A stretch of DNA of 64,000 nucleotides from NCBI GenBank assembly GCA_965206745.1, contig OZ242220.1, positions 1,120,001 through 1,184,000 on the forward strand, given 5' to 3'. Source of the DNA: Nitrosopumilus sp. GTDB taxonomy: Archaea > Thermoproteota > Nitrososphaeria > Nitrososphaerales > Nitrosopumilaceae. This document shows, one piece after another, positions 54,006 to 63,855 of the stretch. How positions within the stretch are numbered: the first letter of the stretch is position 1; every line of letters starts with the position of its first letter. The notes beneath the pieces are model-generated. The model saw only the letters and a program-made list of their open reading frames with translations. It ran no database searches and was not told where the DNA came from. The translations under genes and the position numbers were made by a program.

Positions 54006-54518
54006 ATGAAATTACCTATTTGTGGCTTTGATGCCAAAAACGCAGTTCTCTGTCCTCAATGTGAGAGCAAAGTCGAGTCAGGCACGCTGACAAAGGCTGA
54101 CGTGGAGGCATCACTGAATCTTGCAAAGATTGCAAAGTCAAATAAGGAGATTGAAAATTTCACATTATACTCATGTAAGGAGTTTGAGGGAAATTTCGTG
54201 TTATCTTTGGAAAAGAGAGATATCATGATAATTAGGCAAAGCAGGACCCTATATAGGATATTGCAAGATCAGTTCAAAGGAAAGATCTGGCTTGTGGAGG
54301 CAGATGAGACAGACAAGCGGTTCATAGAGGATTTGTTTTTTCCGACAAAAATTCTGTCAATTAACGCAGTCTGGGCACCAGGAAAGGTTCAAAAAACAAA
54401 AGCGGTCGTTTCAGGCAGATGGACTCCCAAATTCCCAATTGATACAGAAAAAGTCATACAGATAGTGAAAAATGCCCGAAACCTTGACATTGAGATAGAA
54501 TTTGAGGATAAGAGATAG
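54006..54518 (+). CDS. Archaeal NusA-like protein with N-terminal Zn-binding motif
   Basis: MKLPICGFDAKNAVLCPQC followed by KH-like segments. Confidence 0.7.
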   Translation: MKLPICGFDAKNAVLCPQCESKVESGTLTKADVEASLNLAKIAKSNKEIENFTLYSCKEFEGNFVLSLEKRDIMIIRQSRTLYRILQDQFKGKIWLVEADETDKRFIEDLFFPTKILSINAVWAPGKVQKTKAVVSGRWTPKFPIDTEKVIQIVKNARNLDIEIEFEDKR

Positions 54519-54522
54519 CACC

Positions 54523-55809
54523 ATGGTCTTCGTAAAAACGCACAACATCTCTGAATTAAACCAAGAATTGATTGGAAAGCAAGTAGTATTGGGAGGATGG
54601 ATTGAGGATCTTAGAAAGTTGGGAAAGATGTCATTTATCACCCTCAGAGACATCTCAGGGCTATCCCAAGTGATAGTCAAAGGAGAACTAAATGACAATC
54701 TTGGAGAGATCAATCGCCAAAGTGCAGTAAGCATCAAAGGAATAGTTCAAGAGACCAAAGCTCGTGACTTTGCCTTTGAGATTAAAGCAGAAGAGATACA
54801 AGTACTTGGAAAGGCGATTCACCCATTACCAGTCGATCCGATTGGAAGGCTAGAAAGTAACATCGATACAAGATTAAATCACAGGGCACTAGATATGAGA
54901 AATCAAAGAACGGCTTCAATCTTCAAGTTACGTCACCATGTTTTACAATCATTGAGAAAGACATTGTCTGATAAGAAATTCTTGGAGATTACAACGCCGA
55001 AAATTATCGGCAGTGCAAGCGAGGGAGGCGCAGATTTATTTTCATTGGATTATTTTGGAAAAACAGCATATCTTGCACAAAGCCCTCAACTATACAAGGA
55101 GCAGATGACCATAGGGCTAGAGAGAGTCTTTGAGATCTCAAACTTTTACAGGGCGGAAAATTCCCACACAGGAAGACATCTGACAGAATTTACCAGCATA
55201 GACATCGAGGCGGCATTTATGGACTATGAAGACGTCATGGATGTTTTAGAGTCACTGGTTGTGTCAGTTTACAGAGACATTTCAGAAAACTGCAAAGCAG
55301 AACAGGATGCAATTGAGCATGCCATAGAAATGCCATCAGCACCATTTGAGAGAGTAACATACACTCAATGTGTAGAAGAGTTGAAGAGTGCAGGAGAAAA
55401 ATTAGAGTTTGGGGACGACCTGCTTGACTCGCATTTAAGAATCATTGGTCAGAACCATCCGGGATTCTTCTTTCTGACTGACTGGCCCATGAAATTAAAA
55501 CCATTTTACATTAGAGAAAAGGACGAGGACCCAACATTGTCGCGTTCGTTTGATTTGCAGTATGGATTTTTAGAGTTGTCCTCAGGAGGAACCAGACTTC
55601 ACAATCCAGAGATGCTAAAGAACAGGCTAAAAGAGCAGGGGCTTGATCCGGCTCAATTTGCAGACCATCTTAAGACATTTGATTGGGGAATGCCACCGCA
55701 CTCAGGATGGGGTATGGGGTTAGACAGACTGATGAGCACGTTGATTGGAATTGATAATGTTCGTGAAGTTGTATTGTATCCACGAGATCCGGACAGGCTA
55801 AGCCCATAA
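54523..55809 (+). CDS. aspS: Aspartate--tRNA ligase (archaeal type)
   Basis: OB-fold start, LAQSPQLYK, YRAENS, GMPPHSGWGMGLDR. Confidence 0.96.
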   Translation: MVFVKTHNISELNQELIGKQVVLGGWIEDLRKLGKMSFITLRDISGLSQVIVKGELNDNLGEINRQSAVSIKGIVQETKARDFAFEIKAEEIQVLGKAIHPLPVDPIGRLESNIDTRLNHRALDMRNQRTASIFKLRHHVLQSLRKTLSDKKFLEITTPKIIGSASEGGADLFSLDYFGKTAYLAQSPQLYKEQMTIGLERVFEISNFYRAENSHTGRHLTEFTSIDIEAAFMDYEDVMDVLESLVVSVYRDISENCKAEQDAIEHAIEMPSAPFERVTYTQCVEELKSAGEKLEFGDDLLDSHLRIIGQNHPGFFFLTDWPMKLKPFYIREKDEDPTLSRSFDLQYGFLELSSGGTRLHNPEMLKNRLKEQGLDPAQFADHLKTFDWGMPPHSGWGMGLDRLMSTLIGIDNVREVVLYPRDPDRLSP

Positions 55810-55826
55810 AGGAGGTATTGTGAATC

Positions 55827-56060
55827 ATGACGCTATTCTGTAAACAATGCAATCAAAGAAGACTGCCAATCATATTTGCAAAAGACAAAGCCCCGCTGTG
55901 GCTATGTGAGGAATGTGAGAATTTTGCAGATGGCAATGATGTCATCATCAGAGAGCTAGCCAAGGATGAAAAGGATCAGAGAAATAGGAAACTAGACGAT
56001 TTTCAAAAAAACACAGCGCTAAACGGAGAAAAACTAAGAAGAAGGAAGGGCGTTAATTAA
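55827..56060 (+). CDS. Small zinc-ribbon protein
   Basis: CKQC...WLCEEC; GGAGG upstream. Confidence 0.7.
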   Translation: MTLFCKQCNQRRLPIIFAKDKAPLWLCEECENFADGNDVIIRELAKDEKDQRNRKLDDFQKNTALNGEKLRRRKGVN

Positions 56061-56062
56061 TC

Positions 56063-56317
56063 ATGATCGAGCAAGCAGATGCTAAAAAAGTGGTGGAGGT
56101 AATTGGAAACAATTTGATCGGGGTATCACATGATTCAAGCAGCTTTGCAAAGTTGCCAGACTCGTTTTGGGGATACTTTGCAAGAGGCCATGACACAAAG
56201 GGAACATTTGGAGTCATCGTAACTTACTCCCAAGAAGGCAAAGACGTAGATGAATTGATAAAAATGTATGAGGAATGGGCTGCAAAAAACAAAGCAGAAT
56301 CAAAAGAGTCTACTTAG
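56063..56317 (+). CDS. Hypothetical protein
   Basis: 84-aa ORF 2 nt after the previous stop. Confidence 0.7.
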   Translation: MIEQADAKKVVEVIGNNLIGVSHDSSSFAKLPDSFWGYFARGHDTKGTFGVIVTYSQEGKDVDELIKMYEEWAAKNKAESKEST

Positions 56318-56441
56318 TCTCTTTGAGCAGTTTGCGATATCCAGCACATTCCTTACAAATTGGTTTCCCCTTATACTTTGGATTGCCGTCAGTGATTTTC
56401 AGGGTTCCCGGAACGACTTTACAAATACAGCAATCGACCAT
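56310..56441 (-). CDS. Small CxxC...CxxC zinc-binding protein (43 aa; not in the ORF track)
   Basis: MVDCCICKVVPGTLKITDGNPKYKGKPICKECAGYRKLLKETK; TTTATTAA about 22 nt upstream. Confidence 0.65.
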   Translation of the reverse strand: MVDCCICKVVPGTLKITDGNPKYKGKPICKECAGYRKLLKETK

Positions 56442-56481
56442 ATGTTTGGATTAAGGACGGGATTAATAAAAATTGGTAATT

Positions 56482-57495
56482 TTAGAGATTCTCTGTGATT
56501 TGTCGGGCAAACTCACTAGTGCTCTTATCTCCACCAATGTCTTTGGTTTTCACACCGGATTTTACCAAGTCAAAGATTGTGGATTCCAATTTTGCTCCGA
56601 CCTTGACGCACTTGGAATCACCATGTTTGTTTCCAAGCCAATCAAGCATCATCTTAATTGATAGTAAGAATGACGAGGGATTGGCAATGTTTTTTCCTGC
56701 AATGTCAAATGCGGCACCGTGCACTGGCTCAAACAATGCAAATTTGTCTCCAATGTTGGCAGCTGGGGCCATCCCTAAACCGCCGACGACTTGTGAGGAT
56801 TCATCAGATAAAATATCGCCAAACAGGTTAGTAGTAACTACAACATCAAACTGCTCTGGTTGCCGAATCAAGTTCATAGCGCATGCATCCACATACATTT
56901 GTTCAAATGCAATATCAGGATAGTCTGCAGAGACATCAGAGCATGCTTTTGCAAACATGCCATCAGTAACTCGCATCACATTTGATTTATGCACGCATGT
57001 TACTTTTCTCATAGAGTCACGCTGCTTGGCAGTTTCAAAAGCATATTTTGCAATTCTTTTTGAGGCTTTCTCAGAGATTATTCTCAATGCGACAGACGAG
57101 TCGCCCAAGCTGAATTCTTTGCCAGTATAAAGATCTTCAGTGTTTTCCCTCACTATCACCATGTCAATGTCATCACGCAATGCAGGCATGTGCGGGTATG
57201 ATTTTGCAGGTCTGATGTTGGCATACAAGTCAAGCATTCTTCTCAACACCACTATGACATCAGCTGCACTTTCACCAACAGGTGCCTTTAAACAAGCATC
57301 AGACTGTTTTATGGATTCAACTGTTTCATCAGGAAGTGCCTTGCCAGTCTCAGACAGTGCCCTGTCACCTGCAGATAACTTTGCAATATCAAATTTTAAA
57401 TCAAGTTTATCATGAATTGCATCCAAAACAGAGATTGCAGACTCTGATAACTCAGGCCCTATCCCATCGCCGGTAATTAATGAAATTTTATACAT
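56482..57495 (-). CDS. leuB: 3-isopropylmalate dehydrogenase (ICDH/IPMDH family)
   Basis: GDGIGPE, RENTE, NLFGDILSD, EPVHGAAFDIAG; lies downstream of leuA. Confidence 0.85.
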   Translation of the reverse strand: MYKISLITGDGIGPELSESAISVLDAIHDKLDLKFDIAKLSAGDRALSETGKALPDETVESIKQSDACLKAPVGESAADVIVVLRRMLDLYANIRPAKSYPHMPALRDDIDMVIVRENTEDLYTGKEFSLGDSSVALRIISEKASKRIAKYAFETAKQRDSMRKVTCVHKSNVMRVTDGMFAKACSDVSADYPDIAFEQMYVDACAMNLIRQPEQFDVVVTTNLFGDILSDESSQVVGGLGMAPAANIGDKFALFEPVHGAAFDIAGKNIANPSSFLLSIKMMLDWLGNKHGDSKCVKVGAKLESTIFDLVKSGVKTKDIGGDKSTSEFARQITENL

Positions 57496-57536
57496 ATCAA
57501 AGCATCATATCAAAGGGAATTTTAGGTTTATCTTGC

Positions 57537-59045
57537 CTATTTTTCATCAAACATCTTTTTGAGCATGATTCTATTGATTGCATCGATGACTGCCTTGACA
57601 GAGGTGGTTACTATATCCTCACCAACTGACTTTGCAGAAACCTTGTTTCCCAATGGATCCTCAACTTTTACTGTAACTTCACACAATGCCCCAGAGCCAC
57701 CAGAGATAGATGCCAAACCGTAATCTTTTATCTTGATCTCAGAAATTTTGCCGGTAATTTTTTGAATCGCATTTAGCGCCGCATCCACCGGCCCGACCCC
57801 GTAGTCAGTCCCGATATGATCCTGGCCATTGATGTTTAGTTTCACAAATGCATAAGGCATGGTACCAATTCCAGTGGAGACTGAAAAACCAGTTAATTGG
57901 ACGATTCTTTCAAGTTCTTTATCACCCAAAACCTCGCTTGCCATAGATAGCAACTCCACATCAGTGATTAGTTCCCCCTGATCACCGAGTATTTTTACTT
58001 TTTCCAAGATCTGTTTTGCTTGATCGTCTGTAGGCGTTACGCCGTACTTCTTCAACATCGCATTCATTCCATGAACTCCCGCATGTTTTCCAACTTTGAG
58101 CCATCTTTTTCTTCCAACCAACTCAGGGCTGATTGGTTCGTAAGTGAGAGGGTTATTCAACACACCATGTGTGTGAATTCCAGATTCGTGTCCAAACGCA
58201 TTGGCCCCAACAATTGCCTTGTTTGGCTGTACTATAATTCCCACAGTCTTTGAGATGAATCTGGATGTTTCATAGATTAACTGTGATTTGATGTTAGTTT
58301 CATAACTTTGCTCATAAGGCAAACATTTGAGTGCCATAGAAAATTCTTCCAATGAGGCATTTCCTGCCCTTTCTCCAATTCCATTGATTGTAACATGAGC
58401 ACATGCAGCTCCTGCATGAATTCCAGACAAGGCGTTTGCAACTGCTAATCCAAAGTCATTGTGACAGTGGACACTTACCGGGAGTTTTGTAGCTTCAATA
58501 GCATCTCTGGTGAGTTCTGCCATGTATTGAGGTGTGGAATATCCGACAGTGTCAGGTATGTTGACTCTGTCAGCCCCTGCTTTTGCAACATCACCGAAAA
58601 CTTTTTTCAAAAATTCCCTATCTGTTCGTGACGCATCTTCGGCTGAAAACTCCACTTGCAGTCCACGCGATTTGCCATACTCTACTGCCTCAACTGCTTT
58701 TTGAAGTGCCTGATCTCGAGTCATGTGAAGCTTGTGCTCCAAGTGGATATCAGAAGTTGCAATAAATGTATGAATGTAATTTAGTCCCACATCAACTGCG
58801 GCATCAATGTCTTTTTTGGTAGTTCTGGCCAATCCAGCAATCTCACAGGACAGCCCTTCAGATGTAATCATCTTAACGGCTGTAGATTCACCATCAGAAA
58901 TTATCGGAAATCCAGCCTCAATTGCATCAACGCCTAACGCATCTAGTTTTTTGGCAATTGCTAGTTTTTGATCAGGCGATAGTGAAACCCCAGGTGTCTG
59001 CTCTCCGTCTCGTAATGTTGTATCAAAGATTCTAACGTTTACCAT
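57537..59045 (-). CDS. leuA: 2-isopropylmalate synthase (LeuA/CimA family, with regulatory domain)
   Basis: DTTLRDGEQ, HCHND, GERAGNA, HESGIH, GVGPVDA; citramalate synthase is not excluded. Confidence 0.82.
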   Translation of the reverse strand: MVNVRIFDTTLRDGEQTPGVSLSPDQKLAIAKKLDALGVDAIEAGFPIISDGESTAVKMITSEGLSCEIAGLARTTKKDIDAAVDVGLNYIHTFIATSDIHLEHKLHMTRDQALQKAVEAVEYGKSRGLQVEFSAEDASRTDREFLKKVFGDVAKAGADRVNIPDTVGYSTPQYMAELTRDAIEATKLPVSVHCHNDFGLAVANALSGIHAGAACAHVTINGIGERAGNASLEEFSMALKCLPYEQSYETNIKSQLIYETSRFISKTVGIIVQPNKAIVGANAFGHESGIHTHGVLNNPLTYEPISPELVGRKRWLKVGKHAGVHGMNAMLKKYGVTPTDDQAKQILEKVKILGDQGELITDVELLSMASEVLGDKELERIVQLTGFSVSTGIGTMPYAFVKLNINGQDHIGTDYGVGPVDAALNAIQKITGKISEIKIKDYGLASISGGSGALCEVTVKVEDPLGNKVSAKSVGEDIVTTSVKAVIDAINRIMLKKMFDEK

Positions 59046-59530
59046 TACACACCACTTCTCTGCAATGCTGCAACACCAGTCCGTGCAACATCAAGTATTC
59101 CAAAGGATCTTGCCAATTCCTCAAATGCCTTGATCTGATCAGGAGTGGCAGTTAATTCCACCATGATTGAATTTTTTTTCACGTCATGGACTTTGCCTCC
59201 ATATGCGTTTGCCAATTTGTTAATCTCCATACTATCATTAGCATTACTGAGTTTTATCTTAAAAATACTAAGCTCACGAAATACTGTCTTGTGCTCATCT
59301 AAACGCTCAACTTTGACAGTGTCTATCATCTTGTCAAGTTGCTTTACTATCTGATCAATTTGTTTTTCATCACCATATGTGGTAATTGTCATCTTGGAGT
59401 AATCAGGATTCTCAGTAGTTCCCACAGAAATGCTATCAATATTGAAATTTCTTGCCCTAAAAAGATGCGTTATCTTAAATAAAATTCCAGGTTTGTTTTC
59501 AGCCAAAATAGAAAGAATCGCCCACATCAC
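59045..59530 (-). CDS. ilvH: Acetolactate synthase small subunit
   Basis: ACT domain ENKPGIL...RNFNIDS, QLDKMID, ARTG. Confidence 0.93.
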   Translation of the reverse strand: MMWAILSILAENKPGILFKITHLFRARNFNIDSISVGTTENPDYSKMTITTYGDEKQIDQIVKQLDKMIDTVKVERLDEHKTVFRELSIFKIKLSNANDSMEINKLANAYGGKVHDVKKNSIMVELTATPDQIKAFEELARSFGILDVARTGVAALQRSGV

Positions 59531-59537
59531 AAATCAC

Positions 59538-61235
59538 CTAAGAGGGTAAGATCATATCCGATAACGAAGTTCCAGGAGCTACGAATGGCAATACGTCTTC
59601 TTCGGGATCAATTGGAATGTCAATTACTGTTGCAACATCGCTGCTCAATGCAGTCTTGATTGCTTTGTCAAGTTCATCCATTGACTGTGCACGGATTCCT
59701 TGTGCGCCATAAGACTCTGCTAATTTAACATAATCAGGACAGCTGTGCTGTTCTACACCAATCATCCTCCTATCATAAAAGGTTCTTTGCCATTGGGCCA
59801 CCATACCCAATGTTGAATTGTTTAAGATAAATACGATTACCGGAATATCTTCCAATACTGCAGTTGCAAGAGAGTTTTCAGTCATGCTAAAGCTTCCATC
59901 GCCTGCAATATCCACAACTGGAACATCAGGCCTTGCAACCTTGGCACCAATAGCTGCTGGGAATCCCCAACCCATGGTGCCAAGTCCAGTAGAGCTAAAA
60001 AAAGTACCAGGCTGTATTACGTCATAGAACAGCGATGCCCACATCTGATGTTGTCCTACCTCAGTAGTTACAATGGATTCTTTTGGTAGCAATTCACGAA
60101 GTTTGCGTAGAATTTTAGCAGCTCCCATCTCACCCGGGTGGATTTTTAGGTTTTCCTTCCAATAATCTTTGGTTTCTTTGACATGCTTTATCCAGGGGGA
60201 TTCATCGGTTTTTTTAATTGCCTTTTGTAAAAGTATCTTTACCATGACTCTAAGATTTACTTTTACATCGCCAACAACTGCAATCTGGGCATTTTGATTC
60301 TTGCCAATCTCGGCAGGATCAACATCCATGTGAATAATTTTTAATCGTTTCTCAAAGGCTTCAAAAGTCCCAACGGATCTATCTGAAAATCTAGTTCCAA
60401 TAGCTAAAACACAGTCAGCTTCTGCCATCATTTTGTTAGCTTCTGCATGCCCATGCATTCCTATTGGACCTAATGACAAGGGATGGGTCTCAGGAAATGC
60501 CCCCTTGCCTTTGAAAGTGGTAACGACGGGAAGCATAAGGGTTTCTGCAACAGATTGTAATTCAGCAAAGGCAGATGAGATGATGGCCCCGCCACCAGCT
60601 AATATGATTGGTTTTTCAGCATGAAGCAACATCTCTATTGCTCTTTCAACATTAACAAGATCAGGATCAGCCCATGGATGATACCCTTGAATTTTAAATT
60701 CATCTGGAAAATCCATCGGTGCCTCATTGGTTTGAACATCTTTTGGGATGTCAATTAACACAGGTCCGGGTCTTCCAGTTTCTGCAATGAAGAATCCTTT
60801 TTTTACAACCTCCGGAATTTCCCCGGCAGTCCTTGGTTGGAACGCATATTTTACAGCAGGATTTGCCATCCCAATAATATCACTTTCTTGAAATGCATCT
60901 CTGCCAATCATGTTAACAGATACCTGCCCAGTTACTGCAATCATTGGAGCAGAATCTGCCTGTGCAGTTGCAATGCCAGTCAAAATGTTAGTTGCGCCAG
61001 GTCCAGATGTGGCAAAACATACTCCGGGTTTCCTGCTAACTCTTCCAAATCCATCAGCCATGTGAGATCCTGATTGTTCGTGTCTTACCAGAATATGTCT
61101 AATGTCACATCTAGCAAATTCATCATACATCGGAAGATTGGCACCGCCAGGCAACCCAAATACTTGTTTGACGCCTTCTTTTTCCATAGCAGTCATCAAG
61201 GCCTTTGCGCCAGTCATATTTTCCATTTTATTCAT
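59538..61235 (-). CDS. ilvB: Acetolactate synthase large subunit
   Basis: RHEQ, TSGPGATN, GMHG, GQHQMW, GDGSF...NN; start set at ATG 61235 because GGTGA (61244-61248) sits 8 nt upstream. Confidence 0.95.
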   Translation of the reverse strand: MNKMENMTGAKALMTAMEKEGVKQVFGLPGGANLPMYDEFARCDIRHILVRHEQSGSHMADGFGRVSRKPGVCFATSGPGATNILTGIATAQADSAPMIAVTGQVSVNMIGRDAFQESDIIGMANPAVKYAFQPRTAGEIPEVVKKGFFIAETGRPGPVLIDIPKDVQTNEAPMDFPDEFKIQGYHPWADPDLVNVERAIEMLLHAEKPIILAGGGAIISSAFAELQSVAETLMLPVVTTFKGKGAFPETHPLSLGPIGMHGHAEANKMMAEADCVLAIGTRFSDRSVGTFEAFEKRLKIIHMDVDPAEIGKNQNAQIAVVGDVKVNLRVMVKILLQKAIKKTDESPWIKHVKETKDYWKENLKIHPGEMGAAKILRKLRELLPKESIVTTEVGQHQMWASLFYDVIQPGTFFSSTGLGTMGWGFPAAIGAKVARPDVPVVDIAGDGSFSMTENSLATAVLEDIPVIVFILNNSTLGMVAQWQRTFYDRRMIGVEQHSCPDYVKLAESYGAQGIRAQSMDELDKAIKTALSSDVATVIDIPIDPEEDVLPFVAPGTSLSDMILPS

Positions 61236-61279
61236 TAAATTTCTCACCATAATTTTAATCTAGTAAATTTTTGAGCACA

Positions 61280-61339
61280 TTATAGCAGAGCAATAAGAGG
61301 CAAATTTTTGCCAAATTTTACTGTTAATTGCATACTCAT
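61280..61339 (-). CDS. Putative ilv/leu operon leader peptide MSMQLTVKFGKNLPLIALL (19 aa)
   Basis: ATG-TAA uORF between the TATA-like TTTATTAG (61368-61375) and the ilvB SD; 7 of 19 codons are Leu/Ile/Val, five of them in the last seven. Confidence 0.55.
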   Translation of the reverse strand: MSMQLTVKFGKNLPLIALL

Positions 61340-61459
61340 TGAAATCAAACAAATAATCAACGTATAACTAATAAAGATTGTCTGAAAAATAATCAGAATT
61401 TGACTCTATTTGATGCATAAGACTTAAACCAATATTTTCTGAACTTGAAATGAACTGTT

Positions 61460-61864
61460 TTGAGCGATAATGCGGAGATCATACAAGTGATAGAGACGTT
61501 GTTTCAAGCAGGAATTACCAAGGATCTTTCAAAACTAAGAGACATCCATCTTAATGATTCAAAATTTTCTAGTTTTAGTGATTTGCCACCATATGATCTT
61601 AAAGATTATCAGACAACCATAGAACTTGAAGAATTAAGATTCATCAGCATATCAGATTATACATATGAAATTAAAAATCCAAAGATCAGCTTGTTTGGAG
61701 AAACAGCAGTTGTTGCTTTAGAATTGATTCAAAAAGGAATGCTGGTAGATAACAAAGCATACACCGGAGAGCACATGGTAATCACTGGGCGTGCAACATT
61801 TGTTCTAGTAAAACAATCAACATGGAAAATTGCGCATATTCATTTATCAAAGATAGACGGATAA
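61460..61864 (+). CDS. NTF2/SnoaL-like protein
   Basis: GETAVV, RATFVLVK...WKIAHIHLS. Confidence 0.85.
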   Translation: MSDNAEIIQVIETLFQAGITKDLSKLRDIHLNDSKFSSFSDLPPYDLKDYQTTIELEELRFISISDYTYEIKNPKISLFGETAVVALELIQKGMLVDNKAYTGEHMVITGRATFVLVKQSTWKIAHIHLSKIDG

Positions 61865-61882
61865 TTCAAAATTAAGAAAGTT

Positions 61883-62749
61883 TTATTTTATTTCGTTTGT
61901 AGTGGGTTTGCCTTGTTCAGGGTTGTTTGGTTTGTTTTTGGATGATTTTTGTCGGTTTTTTGGCTCCTCACTAACTAATTTTTGATATAATTTGAAAGCT
62001 TGATCAACATTTCGGTTACCGTGAACAATTTCTCTTACGGCTTTGATCATAGAGACAGGATGCTCTGATTGCCAGATATTTCTACCCATATCCACACCCA
62101 CAGCACCAGCTCTGATAGCATTGTAAGTTAACTGCATAGCATCACGTTCAGGGATTTTCTTTCCACCTGCAACAATGATTGGGACAGGGCAGGATTGAAT
62201 TACTTTTTCAAAGTCATCACAGTAGTAGGTTTTTACAATATGTGCCCCTTGCTCAGCTGCCACACGACATGCCAATGAAAGGTATCTAGCATCTTTGCCA
62301 AGGTCTTTTCCTACAGCAGTAACTGCCAAAACAGGCAGTCCATATTTTTCTGCTTCACTAACCAATTTTCCAAGATTTACAATAGTCTGATACTCGTATT
62401 TTGAGCCAACAAAAATAGACATTGCAAGGGCACTGGCATTTAGTCTGATTGCATCTTCGATGGATACGGTAATGTCCTCTTTGGATAAATCATCACCTAT
62501 AATACTTGAACCGCCTGAAACTCTCAAAACCATCGGAGTGTTAGTGGTTGCAGGAACAGATGTTCTTTGAATGCCTCTTGTAACCATCAAAGAATCACAA
62601 TATTTCAACAGGGGTACAATTACTTTTTTTGGGTTTTCAAGTTTTTCAGTAGGGCCAAGAAAGTATCCGTGGTCTACTGCCAACATCAACGCACGGTTAT
62701 TTTGTGGTTTAATGATACTGGAAATTCTGTTTTTTAATCCCCAATCCAT
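61883..62749 (-). CDS. lsrF: LsrF-like DhnA-family aldolase/thiolase
   Basis: MDWGLKNR, LAVDHG, VKTYY, AGG, DMGRNIWQ. Confidence 0.8.
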   Translation of the reverse strand: MDWGLKNRISSIIKPQNNRALMLAVDHGYFLGPTEKLENPKKVIVPLLKYCDSLMVTRGIQRTSVPATTNTPMVLRVSGGSSIIGDDLSKEDITVSIEDAIRLNASALAMSIFVGSKYEYQTIVNLGKLVSEAEKYGLPVLAVTAVGKDLGKDARYLSLACRVAAEQGAHIVKTYYCDDFEKVIQSCPVPIIVAGGKKIPERDAMQLTYNAIRAGAVGVDMGRNIWQSEHPVSMIKAVREIVHGNRNVDQAFKLYQKLVSEEPKNRQKSSKNKPNNPEQGKPTTNEIK

Positions 62750-62794
62750 ATTTCTTCGATTTTGAAGGAATGAAAATCCCTTCTTAAGCCTTTC

Positions 62795-63823
62795 TCATTT
62801 TGTTATGATTATCTTCATCGCATTTTCACCAGAACGTGCATGATCAAATGCCTTTTGAGAATCAGATATACGATATGTATGAGTGATTAATTGTTTAACA
62901 TTAATTTGGGATGATTCGATTAGATTTAGAGCTTGCCGAGTGTCTGAATCAGATGCGGCATAGCTAGTTACAAGAGTAATTTCCTTGGAGTAAATTTTAC
63001 TCATATCCAAATCTAATTTGGCGCCTTTTGACGGAACGCCAAACATCATTACTGTGCCACCCTTTCTAGTCAGATCTATTGCATCATCTAATGCTTTCAG
63101 ACTGCTTGTAGCAACGATTGCAACATCCACACCCAACCCGTCAGTGTTGTCTAGAATCTTTTGCCGCCTATTTTCATCCATAGAGGAGATAGATGCAGTG
63201 ATGTTGAATTTTTTTGCAAAATCTAATCTGAAATCATTTATATCAAGACAAAATATTTTTGAGAATTTTTTCACATGAGCAAGCATGACGTGCATTATTC
63301 CGGTAGGGCCAACGCCAAAAATTGCAACAGAGTCATCTTCACGATAAGAAAATTTCGACCAGGCCCTAACACAGCATGCCAACGGTTCAACCATTGCGGC
63401 TTCTTCAAAACTAAGGGAATCAGAAATTTTTAAAACGCCACCATGAGAAACGTTCCATGCAGGAACGACATACTCTTCAGATAGCCCACAGGGAGAAAGA
63501 TTGGTTTCATAATACTTTTGACACATTGTTTCATTGGCATGATTGCAAAAATGACAATCGTAGCATGGAACATGATGGTGAGTAAACACCCTATCTCCTT
63601 TTTTGAATTCCGTTACATCAGAACCAACATCCAATACCACACCTGAAGGCTCATGACCTAACCGCATTGATGGTTGGCCATATTGTCCAAAGACTTTTTC
63701 CAAGTCAGAGCCACAAATTCCACAAGCTTGCATCTGTACTAGTATATCACCAGATGTCAATTGTGGTTTTTCTGTTTCATCAATGGAGATAATTGACGAT
63801 CCCTTGACAAATGCGGTTTTCAT
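62795..63823 (-). CDS. Zinc-dependent (MDR) alcohol/polyol dehydrogenase
   Basis: CGICGSD, GHE, CxxCxxC...C, EPLAC, GVGPTG. Confidence 0.92.
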   Translation of the reverse strand: MKTAFVKGSSIISIDETEKPQLTSGDILVQMQACGICGSDLEKVFGQYGQPSMRLGHEPSGVVLDVGSDVTEFKKGDRVFTHHHVPCYDCHFCNHANETMCQKYYETNLSPCGLSEEYVVPAWNVSHGGVLKISDSLSFEEAAMVEPLACCVRAWSKFSYREDDSVAIFGVGPTGIMHVMLAHVKKFSKIFCLDINDFRLDFAKKFNITASISSMDENRRQKILDNTDGLGVDVAIVATSSLKALDDAIDLTRKGGTVMMFGVPSKGAKLDLDMSKIYSKEITLVTSYAASDSDTRQALNLIESSQINVKQLITHTYRISDSQKAFDHARSGENAMKIIITK

Positions 63824-63855
63824 GGTAGGAGATTAGAAATTTGATTATAAGTAGA

